IMG/VR virus record: IMGVR_UViG_3300028025_002789 | Coordinates: 1 to 64,000 of that record | Reading direction: 5' to 3' (one strand) | Length of the DNA: 64,000 nucleotides | Source: a virus | Shown: positions 1-5,867 of the stretch, one piece after another | Numbering within the stretch: position 1 is the stretch's first letter | How the letters are laid out: each line of letters begins with the position of its first letter | The notes under the pieces: generated by a model | Told to the model about the DNA's origin: nothing | What the model saw: only the letters and a program-made list of their open reading frames with translations | Databases searched by the model: none | Made by a program: the position numbers and the translations under genes

Positions 1-685
1 CTTTACCGTAGACACATAGGCCACATGATACGCAGGCGGAACCAGCGGAAGAAATAAGCGGAATACTCTTCATATTCTCAGGACACTTAGCCCCAGGCTT
101 ACCCGTTAATTCTTTCATAGTACTTTCAGTAACAGCGAATGTCTTGCCTAGATAAGCCAGGCGGACACCGTCATTAAGTTTTAAATCATGAGCAATAGTT
201 TTATTCTCATCATCCGTTGAATAATAAAGTGATAGATTAGAAATATCTTTAAGGATTAATGCTGCAGACTTAACTCGTGTATATACCCAAAATTGAATAT
301 CTGAATTCTGATCAATCACAGTCTTCCACGCATATGCGTACGTGTCATTAAAGAAATCTCCGTCCCAGTGGATACGGAATAATAACTTAGCATTGCGCTT
401 CTCGCAATCCTTGCGAAAGTCTGCAATCATAGATTCAATTAAGTTAACCATGGTAGGACCGTCGGCGTCCTTTAATAAATTCCAATTATGCATGAGCACA
501 TTGCGAACGCCCTTATATACTTTTTCTAACTTACCCGCATAACATACGCTTTCGCAAATACTAGTAGCGCCAGGGCATGAGAATGCTTTACCTGCAGGCA
601 GGCCAAAGGTATTAGCAATTGTAGGAGTTTTACCGTTAGGGGAAACGGCATTCGTTACTTTACGGTCCATTGAGCGCTTTAACAT
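1..685 (-). CDS. Gp88-like Cys-rich (putative Fe-S) phage protein, runs off the left edge; leaderless
   Basis: Not in ORF track. Manual translation MLKRSMDRKV...SCPGATSICESVCYAG...FRIHWDGDF...FWVYTR...CVSCGLC; ATG lies 7 nt after TATAAT. Confidence 0.8.
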   Translation of the reverse strand, partial: MLKRSMDRKVTNAVSPNGKTPTIANTFGLPAGKAFSCPGATSICESVCYAGKLEKVYKGVRNVLMHNWNLLKDADGPTMVNLIESMIADFRKDCEKRNAKLLFRIHWDGDFFNDTYAYAWKTVIDQNSDIQFWVYTRVKSAALILKDISNLSLYYSTDDENKTIAHDLKLNDGVRLAYLGKTFAVTESTMKELTGKPGAKCPENMKSIPLISSAGSACVSCGLCVYGK

Positions 686-692
686 GGGCCCA

Positions 693-714
693 ATTATAGC
701 AGGAGACACTGACA
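693..714 (-). promoter_or_regulatory. PafBC/RecA-NDp-type promoter
   Basis: TGTCAG-tgtctcctgc-TATAAT. Confidence 0.8.
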
Positions 715-858
715 TTATAAGTCCCCCATTTCTGCATCCGCCATGCGTGACATCATGCGCCACATATCTTGCTTAATAGCATCGTCGGAACCATAGAGAG
801 ATCCATCGCAATCATTCATTTCATGACCGCAGCAAGGAAAATCTTCGCAAGTATTCAT
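715..858 (-). CDS. small Cys-rich hypothetical protein (CEDFPCCGH)
   Basis: Start moved to ATG 858, downstream of promoter 887-908 and SD CGAAAGG; 47 aa. Confidence 0.7.
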   Translation of the reverse strand: MNTCEDFPCCGHEMNDCDGSLYGSDDAIKQDMWRMMSRMADAEMGDL

Positions 859-886
859 TAGTTGACCTTTCGTTGGAGAGGTTGAA

Positions 887-908
887 AGTATAACAGATCT
901 AACTGACA
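887..908 (-). promoter_or_regulatory. PafBC/RecA-NDp-type promoter
   Basis: TGTCAG-ttagatctgt-TATACT; also TTGGAA 17 bp upstream of the -10. Confidence 0.8.
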
Positions 909-947
909 TTTCCAATACGACACGCCGATTTCAGGGCATTATTTATA

Positions 948-963
948 TGTGTCTTAAATCACA
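948..963. promoter_or_regulatory. CRP/GlxR-like box
   Basis: TGTGT-N6-TCACA. Confidence 0.6.
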
Positions 964-967
964 AAAT

Positions 968-989
968 GCCCCCTCACATCTGTGGGCGC
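968..989. repeat. GCCCCCNCA-N3/4-CTGTGGGCGC repeat, copy 1 of 4
   Basis: gccccctcacatctgtgggcgc; other copies at 3413, 4569, 5110. Confidence 0.8.
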
Positions 990-1006
990 ATTTGTCGATA
1001 AAAGGG

Positions 1007-1034
1007 AAATGGGGCGGGAAGAACCCGCCCCAAG
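1007..1034 (-). terminator. intrinsic terminator
   Basis: GGGGCGGG-ttctt-CCCGCCCC-attt just downstream of CDS 1038..1295. Confidence 0.65.
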
Positions 1035-1037
1035 CCT

Positions 1038-1295
1038 TTAATTTATACTGATACTTAGTTTATTAGGTATAAGAGATTTAACAAACTGTATAGTTTCCAT
1101 TGGTAGGAAAATTGCGGTTGTCTTTTTCTTTTTTAGATTATCAAACACAAACGCTTTTACATTTCCGTCAAACCTTTTTAGATTTGAGAACACAATCTCT
1201 CTTAGGTATTCTTGGTCAACACCTTGTTCAGAGTAGATAGTTAAATCATTTGACTTTACTTCGTCATAGATTTCAATACGAAATCTTTCTGCCAT
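1038..1295 (-). CDS. hypothetical protein
   Basis: ORF with AAAGGAAAG SD. Confidence 0.75.
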   Translation of the reverse strand: MAERFRIEIYDEVKSNDLTIYSEQGVDQEYLREIVFSNLKRFDGNVKAFVFDNLKKKKTTAIFLPMETIQFVKSLIPNKLSISIN

Positions 1296-1323
1296 TGTCT
1301 TTCCTTTGTTAGTAGGGATAGGA

Positions 1324-1362
1324 AGTATAACATAGGGGGCTAGATTTTGTCTAGCCCCCTAT
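1324..1362 (-). terminator. hairpin overlapping a TAGACA-18-TATACT promoter
   Basis: ATAGGGGGCTAGA-ttttg-TCTAGCCCCCTAT inverted repeat. Confidence 0.55.
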
Positions 1363-1366
1363 AAGA

Positions 1367-1549
1367 TTATGCGCCGATTTTTACCATAGCCCAACGCAAA
1401 CCATTTTCTGTATTAAGCCCCAGCTTTGTTAATGTAGGGCGAATAGAAATGATCTCGCTGATTGTGCCAGTAATGCCAGACTTGCCTGTGGTGAATACAT
1501 CGCCTTTACGATAGAAGCGACCCTTAGCGGTATCTAGAATTGGTGACAT
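1367..1549 (-). CDS. small beta-rich (SH3-like) hypothetical protein
   Basis: ORF with SD; similar to 2165..2320. Confidence 0.7.
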   Translation of the reverse strand: MSPILDTAKGRFYRKGDVFTTGKSGITGTISEIISIRPTLTKLGLNTENGLRWAMVKIGA

Positions 1550-1577
1550 TTTATTTCCTTTCGTTAGTTGGTGTGTG

Positions 1578-1604
1578 TGAGCAGTTTTTAGACTTGCTCA
1601 GGTC
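1578..1604 (-). other. predicted H-type RNA pseudoknot, intergenic
   Basis: GAC-C-UGAGCA-A-GUC-UAAAAAC-UGCUCA. Confidence 0.5.
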
Positions 1605-1616
1605 GTTGCTTGTTAT

Positions 1617-2039
1617 TTATAGATAACGAGCAATAGCGTTGTATGTGGAAGCATTTACTGTTTCCTCGTCGGTCATTTTAAGAATACGAATAGCGTTTTC
1701 CATCTCATCTTTCATCTCACGATAAGTGTGCTGATGGATAGTTTCGTAGTCCTTTTCAGGTTCTTTTGGAAAATCTTTCTCATCAACTGTTAGGTCAAAA
1801 TCAACATTGAGAGTTTTGTTCCAAGAACGATAGTTGGTGCGTAGGTTTTCAGCCTTTGAGAATTGACCAATAGCCCACTTCCCAATTTCTTTTTTCCACG
1901 CTTCCATCTTTTTGTTAAACTTTGCCTCGTTTTCATCTTGCTTTGCGTAGTCAGCATTTAGTTGTGCTAACTTTGCTTCTAAGGCTTTAATAACCTTATC
2001 AGTAGCAATTTTTACCTGTATTGCTTTACCTCTAGCCAT
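1617..2039 (-). CDS. hypothetical coiled-coil protein
   Basis: 140-aa ORF, SD CGAAAGGG, own promoter. Confidence 0.85.
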   Translation of the reverse strand: MARGKAIQVKIATDKVIKALEAKLAQLNADYAKQDENEAKFNKKMEAWKKEIGKWAIGQFSKAENLRTNYRSWNKTLNVDFDLTVDEKDFPKEPEKDYETIHQHTYREMKDEMENAIRILKMTDEETVNASTYNAIARYL

Positions 2040-2069
2040 TTGTATTTCCCTTTCGTTGGTTGTTGGAGT

Positions 2070-2091
2070 ATTGTATCAGTTGCCACCGACA
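2070..2091 (-). promoter_or_regulatory. PafBC/RecA-NDp-type promoter
   Basis: TGTCGG-tggcaactga-TACAAT. Confidence 0.85.
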
Positions 2092-2101
2092 CAAATAGTG
2101 T

Positions 2102-2149
2102 GAGAGTTCTTACTTACGACATTGGGCGAGATACTCTCTAAACTGCCCC
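2102..2149 (+). other. predicted RNA pseudoknot, intergenic
   Basis: GAGAGU..GGGCG..ACUCUC-UAAAC-UGCCC. Confidence 0.4.
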
Positions 2150-2164
2150 TGTTTCGTTATTCAG

Positions 2165-2320
2165 TTATTTAGCAGGTGCGCTTGTCCAGCGTTCCTTACC
2201 ATTTACATCAAGCAGGATACGATTTGTTCCGCTAGGGTGGTTATCAACGGCTTTAATAACTCCTGTGATACCGCTTGTTGTAGTTGTGTAGGTTTGACCT
2301 ACCTCTAGTGTTGTGTTCAT
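2165..2320 (-). CDS. small SH3-like hypothetical protein (51 aa)
   Basis: Manual: MNTTLEVGQTYTTTTSGITGVIKAVDNHPSGTNRILLDVNGKERWTSAPAK; SD and promoter present. Confidence 0.75.
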   Translation of the reverse strand: MNTTLEVGQTYTTTTSGITGVIKAVDNHPSGTNRILLDVNGKERWTSAPAK

Positions 2321-2349
2321 TGTGTTTCCTTTCGTTTGGTTATAGCAGT

Positions 2350-2371
2350 ATTATAGTGGATACCACCGACA
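2350..2371 (-). promoter_or_regulatory. PafBC/RecA-NDp-type promoter
   Basis: TGTCGG-tggtatccac-TATAAT. Confidence 0.85.
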
Positions 2372-2399
2372 TTTCCCCTCATTTCGTAGGGGAGTGTCG

Positions 2400-2415
2400 T
2401 GTGAGATACATCACA
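2400..2415. promoter_or_regulatory. CRP/GlxR box (perfect)
   Basis: TGTGA-gataca-TCACA. Confidence 0.75.
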
Positions 2416-2551
2416 AGTATTCGGTTAGGTCGCCGTCCATAATCTCAGATACTGATACGCCTTCGAGTTCGGCGATAGCATCCCATAGTTCAGCTTCGGT
2501 ATAGTTTCCATCAGGATACCAATCAGATAAGATAGAATAAAGATTATTCAT
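2411..2551 (-). CDS. small acidic hypothetical protein (46 aa)
   Basis: Manual: MNNLYSILSDWYPDGNYTEAELWDAIAELEGVSVSEIMDGDLTEYL; SD GGAGG; overlaps upstream stop. Confidence 0.7.
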   Translation of the reverse strand: MNNLYSILSDWYPDGNYTEAELWDAIAELEGVSVSEIMDGDLTEYL

Positions 2552-2819
2552 AGTAGTCCTCCTGTGGTAGCCACGCATCTAGGTGGTGCTGCTCAATAAT
2601 TGCGGAAGCAGGTGCAAACTTACTTCCTCGATAAGATACGCCTTCGGGCATTTCGATCATTTTGTTATAGTCCTCATCATAGTATGCGTCAATAGCATCT
2701 ATGCAAGGTTGCACCATAGATAGCGGAACGGGTGGGTAGTGATTACCCTGCAAGTGATAGCCTATTGCCATCTCTAAATCTAATTCCTCAGATAAACTTA
2801 CTGCTGTGTTGTATCCCAT
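2544..2819 (-). CDS. hypothetical protein (HLQGNHYPP motif)
   Basis: ORF in leftward operon. Confidence 0.8.
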   Translation of the reverse strand: MGYNTAVSLSEELDLEMAIGYHLQGNHYPPVPLSMVQPCIDAIDAYYDEDYNKMIEMPEGVSYRGSKFAPASAIIEQHHLDAWLPQEDYYE

Positions 2820-3095
2820 TTATTCGTTCTCCTCTAAGATAGTTTCTGATAGGTTGTCCATTTCGGCTATTGTATCGCATAGCACCGACATTTCTGATTC
2901 TGTTAGTAATACCTTAGTAATTCCATCGGCTACCTTGCTAGATAGGGCGGCAGAATACATAAATAGATACCTGGCGAATACATCATCAGATAATTCATTT
3001 CTGCGTGTGTGTAATTCACCCGCAAGCCCCATTATCTCATCGTCAAACACGCTATCTTTAGTAACCGATAATAACTCTAATGCAGTAGATAACAT
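2820..3095 (-). CDS. acidic hypothetical protein
   Basis: ORF, translationally coupled. Confidence 0.8.
   Translation of the reverse strand: MLSTALELLSVTKDSVFDDEIMGLAGELHTRRNELSDDVFARYLFMYSAALSSKVADGITKVLLTESEMSVLCDTIAEMDNLSETILEENE
2869..2890 (-). promoter_or_regulatory. PafBC/RecA-NDp-type promoter embedded in a CDS
   Basis: TGTCGG-tgctatgcga-TACAAT, about 50 bp upstream of ATG 2819. Confidence 0.75.
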
Positions 3096-3301
3096 TATTT
3101 AGCCACCTTTAACTTTGCCCAAGAGGTACCTTCATTTAATTCGTTAATAGTTGGTTGGATAATAGGCACTAGATGGTCTTTCAATAAGCCTTCTAGAATA
3201 GCAGTTATTTCATCTTTCCCCAAGGCAAGTAATCGAATTGCGCTAGGGTGTGTTTCGTCAAACTCAGTTACGAATTTGAGATAGTGTTCTACTTTTTTCA
3301 T
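3095..3301 (-). CDS. hypothetical protein
   Basis: Start moved to ATG 3301 (MKKVEH), after SD CGAAAGG and promoter 3331-3352. Confidence 0.75.
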   Translation of the reverse strand: MKKVEHYLKFVTEFDETHPSAIRLLALGKDEITAILEGLLKDHLVPIIQPTINELNEGTSWAKLKVAK

Positions 3302-3330
3302 TTGTAGCCTTTCGTTGTTGGGATGAGAGT

Positions 3331-3352
3331 ATTTTAGCATAGGCTACCGACA
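3331..3352 (-). promoter_or_regulatory. PafBC/RecA-NDp-type promoter
   Basis: TGTCGG-tagcctatgc-TAAAAT. Confidence 0.85.
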
Positions 3353-3379
3353 TTTTTTGCAACACGCCTCAAAATCCAG

Positions 3380-3395
3380 GGTGTTTTATATCACA
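3380..3395. promoter_or_regulatory. CRP/GlxR-like box
   Basis: GGTGT-tttata-TCACA. Confidence 0.5.
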
Positions 3396-3412
3396 CTCTT
3401 AACGACACGCCC

Positions 3413-3434
3413 GACCCCGCACCTCTGTGGGCGC
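3413..3434. repeat. GCCCCCNCA-N3/4-CTGTGGGCGC repeat, copy 2
   Basis: gaccccgcacctctgtgggcgc. Confidence 0.8.
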
Positions 3435-3473
3435 AGCTGGCGATCTTGTCAAATCGCCACGCCGTTTATTTAA

Positions 3474-3662
3474 TTACACACGCCCAAAAATTGTTGTGTA
3501 ATTACTCGCCTCGTGAAATCTCACGACATCAAATCGCTCATTATCTTTAGCAAACATTTCAGCAAAATCATTTACCATTTTAGAAAATAAAGCAGGGTGA
3601 GTTTTATTGCTCGCATACTTTAAAATTTCTGCGGTTGCGATGTAATCTTTTCTAGTCATCAT
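3474..3662 (-). CDS. hypothetical protein (MTRKDY...RFD..RF type)
   Basis: ORF with ATGA coupling. Confidence 0.8.
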   Translation of the reverse strand: MMTRKDYIATAEILKYASNKTHPALFSKMVNDFAEMFAKDNERFDVVRFHEASNYTTIFGRV

Positions 3663-3862
3663 CGTTTTACTACCTTTCCATTTCGGTGAAAAATCTTAGT
3701 GTAACATTTACCGCTAGGGGTAAATAAGTTAATTGTTGAGTATTCATCAGCGAAGCCCCAGTCAATAAACTTAGCAAACTCTTCGTGTGCGTTTAATTCG
3801 TCTGAGTATTCTTTACTCCAATGAATTGCGTTTTCATCATTAGCAACAGTTATCTTATACAT
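3659..3862 (-). CDS. hypothetical protein
   Basis: Start moved to ATG 3862 (MYKITV), coupled to the upstream TAA. Confidence 0.75.
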   Translation of the reverse strand: MYKITVANDENAIHWSKEYSDELNAHEEFAKFIDWGFADEYSTINLFTPSGKCYTKIFHRNGKVVKR

Positions 3863-3993
3863 TAGATACCCCACATTTCTAGAGCGCAATCGCAACTCTC
3901 TACATCATAATTGTTTTCATCGCCAAAGAAAATAAATCCAGCACCGCCACACTCATCGCAAGCGACCCCGATTATTTCTATTAAGTTTCCCAT
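3862..3993 (-). CDS. small Zn-finger-like protein (CDECGGAG...CDC), 43 aa
   Basis: Manual translation; SD CGAAAGG; promoter 4026-4047. Confidence 0.7.
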   Translation of the reverse strand: MGNLIEIIGVACDECGGAGFIFFGDENNYDVESCDCALEMWGI

Positions 3994-4025
3994 TTTAGTT
4001 TTCCTTTCGTGTTTTGTTATTAGTA

Positions 4026-4047
4026 ATTATAGCCTAAGCCACCGACA
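4026..4047 (-). promoter_or_regulatory. PafBC/RecA-NDp-type promoter
   Basis: TGTCGG-tggcttaggc-TATAAT. Confidence 0.85.
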
Positions 4048-4067
4048 ATTTCGGGGAACGACACGCC

Positions 4068-4190
4068 CTAAAGCGCACCTTCCTGAAATAAGCCGATTTC
4101 TAAATCCAGTAATTCTTGCGGGTTGGCTTCGGATAAATCTACCCAGCCAGCACCTTGCTCATCTAATCTAAAAATTTCAATGTATCCCAT
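4068..4190 (-). CDS. small acidic hypothetical protein (40 aa)
   Basis: Manual: MGYIEIFRLDEQGAGWVDLSEANPQELLDLEIGLFQEGAL. Confidence 0.65.
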   Translation of the reverse strand: MGYIEIFRLDEQGAGWVDLSEANPQELLDLEIGLFQEGAL

Positions 4191-4192
4191 TA

Positions 4193-4384
4193 TTATTCAC
4201 CAACCTTTACTGCTATTGTTCGGTAAGTGTATTTACCAGTATTAGATTTAATTTGTACTAAATAACTTTCGGCGTTATCGTACCAAACAGAAGATTTTTC
4301 TGCGGAGATAATTTCACCACGCAAAGTTTTAGAGTTGTAAGTTTTACCAATTAGTAAATCTTGTATTGTGTATAAGTTAGCCAT
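4193..4384 (-). CDS. small beta-rich hypothetical protein
   Basis: ORF, SD CGAAAGG, promoter 4420-4441. Confidence 0.8.
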   Translation of the reverse strand: MANLYTIQDLLIGKTYNSKTLRGEIISAEKSSVWYDNAESYLVQIKSNTGKYTYRTIAVKVGE

Positions 4385-4419
4385 TGTTAGCCACTTCCTT
4401 TCGTTTTCGTTATGCCGTA

Positions 4420-4441
4420 ATTATAGCGGATAGCACCGACA
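4420..4441 (-). promoter_or_regulatory. PafBC/RecA-NDp-type promoter
   Basis: TGTCGG-tgctatccgc-TATAAT. Confidence 0.85.
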
Positions 4442-4490
4442 ATTTTCTACCTACTAGCCAGTAATTCCAAATAATGAGACGCTCAAGCCA

Positions 4491-4506
4491 TGTGATAAAA
4501 CTCACA
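4491..4506. promoter_or_regulatory. CRP/GlxR box (perfect)
   Basis: TGTGA-taaaac-TCACA. Confidence 0.75.
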
Positions 4507-4568
4507 AGATCTCGGGCGTGTCGCAGGATTTTCAGGGCTTTTCTTAAATCGGACATAACAGACAAATT

Positions 4569-4590
4569 GCCCCCGCAGTTCTGTGGGCGC
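4569..4590. repeat. GCCCCCNCA-N3/4-CTGTGGGCGC repeat, copy 3
   Basis: gcccccgcagttctgtgggcgc. Confidence 0.8.
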
Positions 4591-4619
4591 TTTCAGCAGT
4601 TTGTCAAGCTGACACGCCG

Positions 4620-4847
4620 TTACCCTTCATCATATTCTAAAGAAAGCGGGAAGTCATCAGACATTCCCTCATTCATAGCATCTTGATAATCTAAAAGACC
4701 TTGCTCATACATAATTGGATCACAATTAAAAAGAATCTCAGATGCGGTAAAAGTTGAGTAACCAATCTTTACATCTGGATAACATTCGTCAAGCATTGCA
4801 TCATATGCTTCTTTTATTTCAAGAGCGATTTCAAAATCTGTTTTCAT
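4620..4847 (-). CDS. highly acidic hypothetical protein
   Basis: 75 aa with 19 D/E and 3 K. Confidence 0.8.
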   Translation of the reverse strand: MKTDFEIALEIKEAYDAMLDECYPDVKIGYSTFTASEILFNCDPIMYEQGLLDYQDAMNEGMSDDFPLSLEYDEG

Positions 4848-4957
4848 TATTTATTTCCTTTCAATGACTCTGCATAAGCAGGGTCGGAAACTGAGTCCGC
4901 ACCAAACTCCTCGTAGATTTCTAGATAGATTTCATCATAGTATTCGTTATAGTCCAT
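4847..4957 (-). CDS. small acidic hypothetical protein (36 aa)
   Basis: Manual: MDYNEYYDEIYLEIYEEFGADSVSDPAYAESLKGNK; TAATG coupling. Confidence 0.65.
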   Translation of the reverse strand: MDYNEYYDEIYLEIYEEFGADSVSDPAYAESLKGNK

Positions 4958-4993
4958 AAGTTGAACCAACCTTTCTTTATCTTGATACTAAGT

Positions 4994-5015
4994 ATCCTAT
5001 CATAGACCACTGACA
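4994..5015 (-). promoter_or_regulatory. PafBC/RecA-NDp-type promoter
   Basis: TGTCAG-tggtctatga-TAGGAT. Confidence 0.8.
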
Positions 5016-5053
5016 TTTTGACTCATTTTTCGGGTGTGTCGGGAAAGTATTTT

Positions 5054-5069
5054 TGTGAATTGCGCCACA
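5054..5069. promoter_or_regulatory. CRP/GlxR-like box
   Basis: TGTGA-attgcg-CCACA. Confidence 0.6.
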
Positions 5070-5109
5070 TTTCTAGGGTGTTTCTTAAATCGGACATAAG
5101 GTACAAAAT

Positions 5110-5132
5110 GCCCCCACAAAAGCTGTGGGCGC
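5110..5132. repeat. GCCCCCNCA-N3/4-CTGTGGGCGC repeat, copy 4
   Basis: gcccccacaaaagctgtgggcgc. Confidence 0.8.
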
Positions 5133-5162
5133 TATCGCCTATTGTCAAGGCGACACGCCGTG

Positions 5163-5303
5163 CTATCTACCGAAAGTATAGTGAGTTAGCACACACTCCC
5201 TGCCCTCTATGGTTTGCTTACAGTCACCATAGTGCGGGGTAGAGAACAGAGAGAATACTAGTATGCCTACTAGTAACGATACATAACCTATCAGGGCTTT
5301 CAT
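5163..5303 (-). CDS. small membrane/secreted protein (46 aa)
   Basis: Manual: MKALIGYVSLLVGILVFSLFSTPHYGDCKQTIEGRECVLTHYTFGR. Confidence 0.6.
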   Translation of the reverse strand: MKALIGYVSLLVGILVFSLFSTPHYGDCKQTIEGRECVLTHYTFGR

Positions 5304-5458
5304 TACTTATTCTTCTTTCTCTTATAGATCTTATAGCCTACTACTAGTAAGGCGGTGGCAATGATGGTGTGCCAAGGTAGATAGATAGCCCCTAAGAAAC
5401 TATCTAACTCTATACCATAGTCACTAGTTATATATAACTCTAGTCCGTCTGTAATCAT
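5303..5458 (-). CDS. small membrane protein (51 aa)
   Basis: Manual: MITDGLELY...IYLPWHTIIATALLVVGYKIYKRKKNK; TAATG coupling. Confidence 0.65.
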   Translation of the reverse strand: MITDGLELYITSDYGIELDSFLGAIYLPWHTIIATALLVVGYKIYKRKKNK

Positions 5459-5643
5459 TACTTATCTCCAAACATGTTAAAGACCTCATCTATTTGGTCA
5501 TCTGTTAAGTGGTCAATCTCGATAGCCTTAGAGAAACCGAATACATCTTCTTCATCTGTTATCTCTTGCTCTGCTAATTCTTCATCTAAGTAGGTGTATG
5601 CGTCTGCTACATCTGCTTGAATAGTATCCCATTTAGTCATCAT
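5458..5643 (-). CDS. highly acidic hypothetical protein
   Basis: 61 aa with 19 D/E and 3 K. Confidence 0.8.
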   Translation of the reverse strand: MMTKWDTIQADVADAYTYLDEELAEQEITDEEDVFGFSKAIEIDHLTDDQIDEVFNMFGDK

Positions 5644-5810
5644 TACTTAGTCACCTTTATCTCTTGAATGTTAGCGGAAAACTTTTGAGCCTTACCTATT
5701 GCGCTATCGTTTAACTCTGCTACTACTTTATCAACATCTTTAATGTTAGTAGCGATGTTACCAATAGACAATAGGCGAGAGCCTTGCCATAGTGCGTATG
5801 TTATAGTCAT
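5643..5810 (-). CDS. hypothetical protein (55 aa)
   Basis: Manual: MTITYALWQGSRLLSIGNIATNIKDVDKVVAELNDSAIGKAQKFSANIQEIKVTK. Confidence 0.7.
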   Translation of the reverse strand: MTITYALWQGSRLLSIGNIATNIKDVDKVVAELNDSAIGKAQKFSANIQEIKVTK

Positions 5811-5845
5811 TTACTGTTCTTCTTTCTCTAGTTTGTTATAGTGGA

Positions 5846-5867
5846 ATAGTAGCGGATAGGGCAGACA
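5846..5867 (-). promoter_or_regulatory. PafBC/RecA-NDp-type promoter (variant)
   Basis: TGTCTG-ccctatccgc-TACTAT. Confidence 0.6.

Noticed and set aside
1324-1345. A twelfth PafBC-type promoter
   Set aside because: The -26 position reads ATCTAG; better explained as a TAGACA-18-TATACT promoter within a hairpin.
3511-3526. CRP box CGTGA..TCACG
   Set aside because: The spacer is 4 nt rather than 6, and it lies mid-CDS with no linked promoter.
342-5242. Plus-strand ORFs 342..542, 2806..3102, 3911..4171, 4474..4686 and 5018..5242
   Set aside because: They are antisense shadows of minus-strand genes or run across regulatory cassettes, without supporting SD or promoter.
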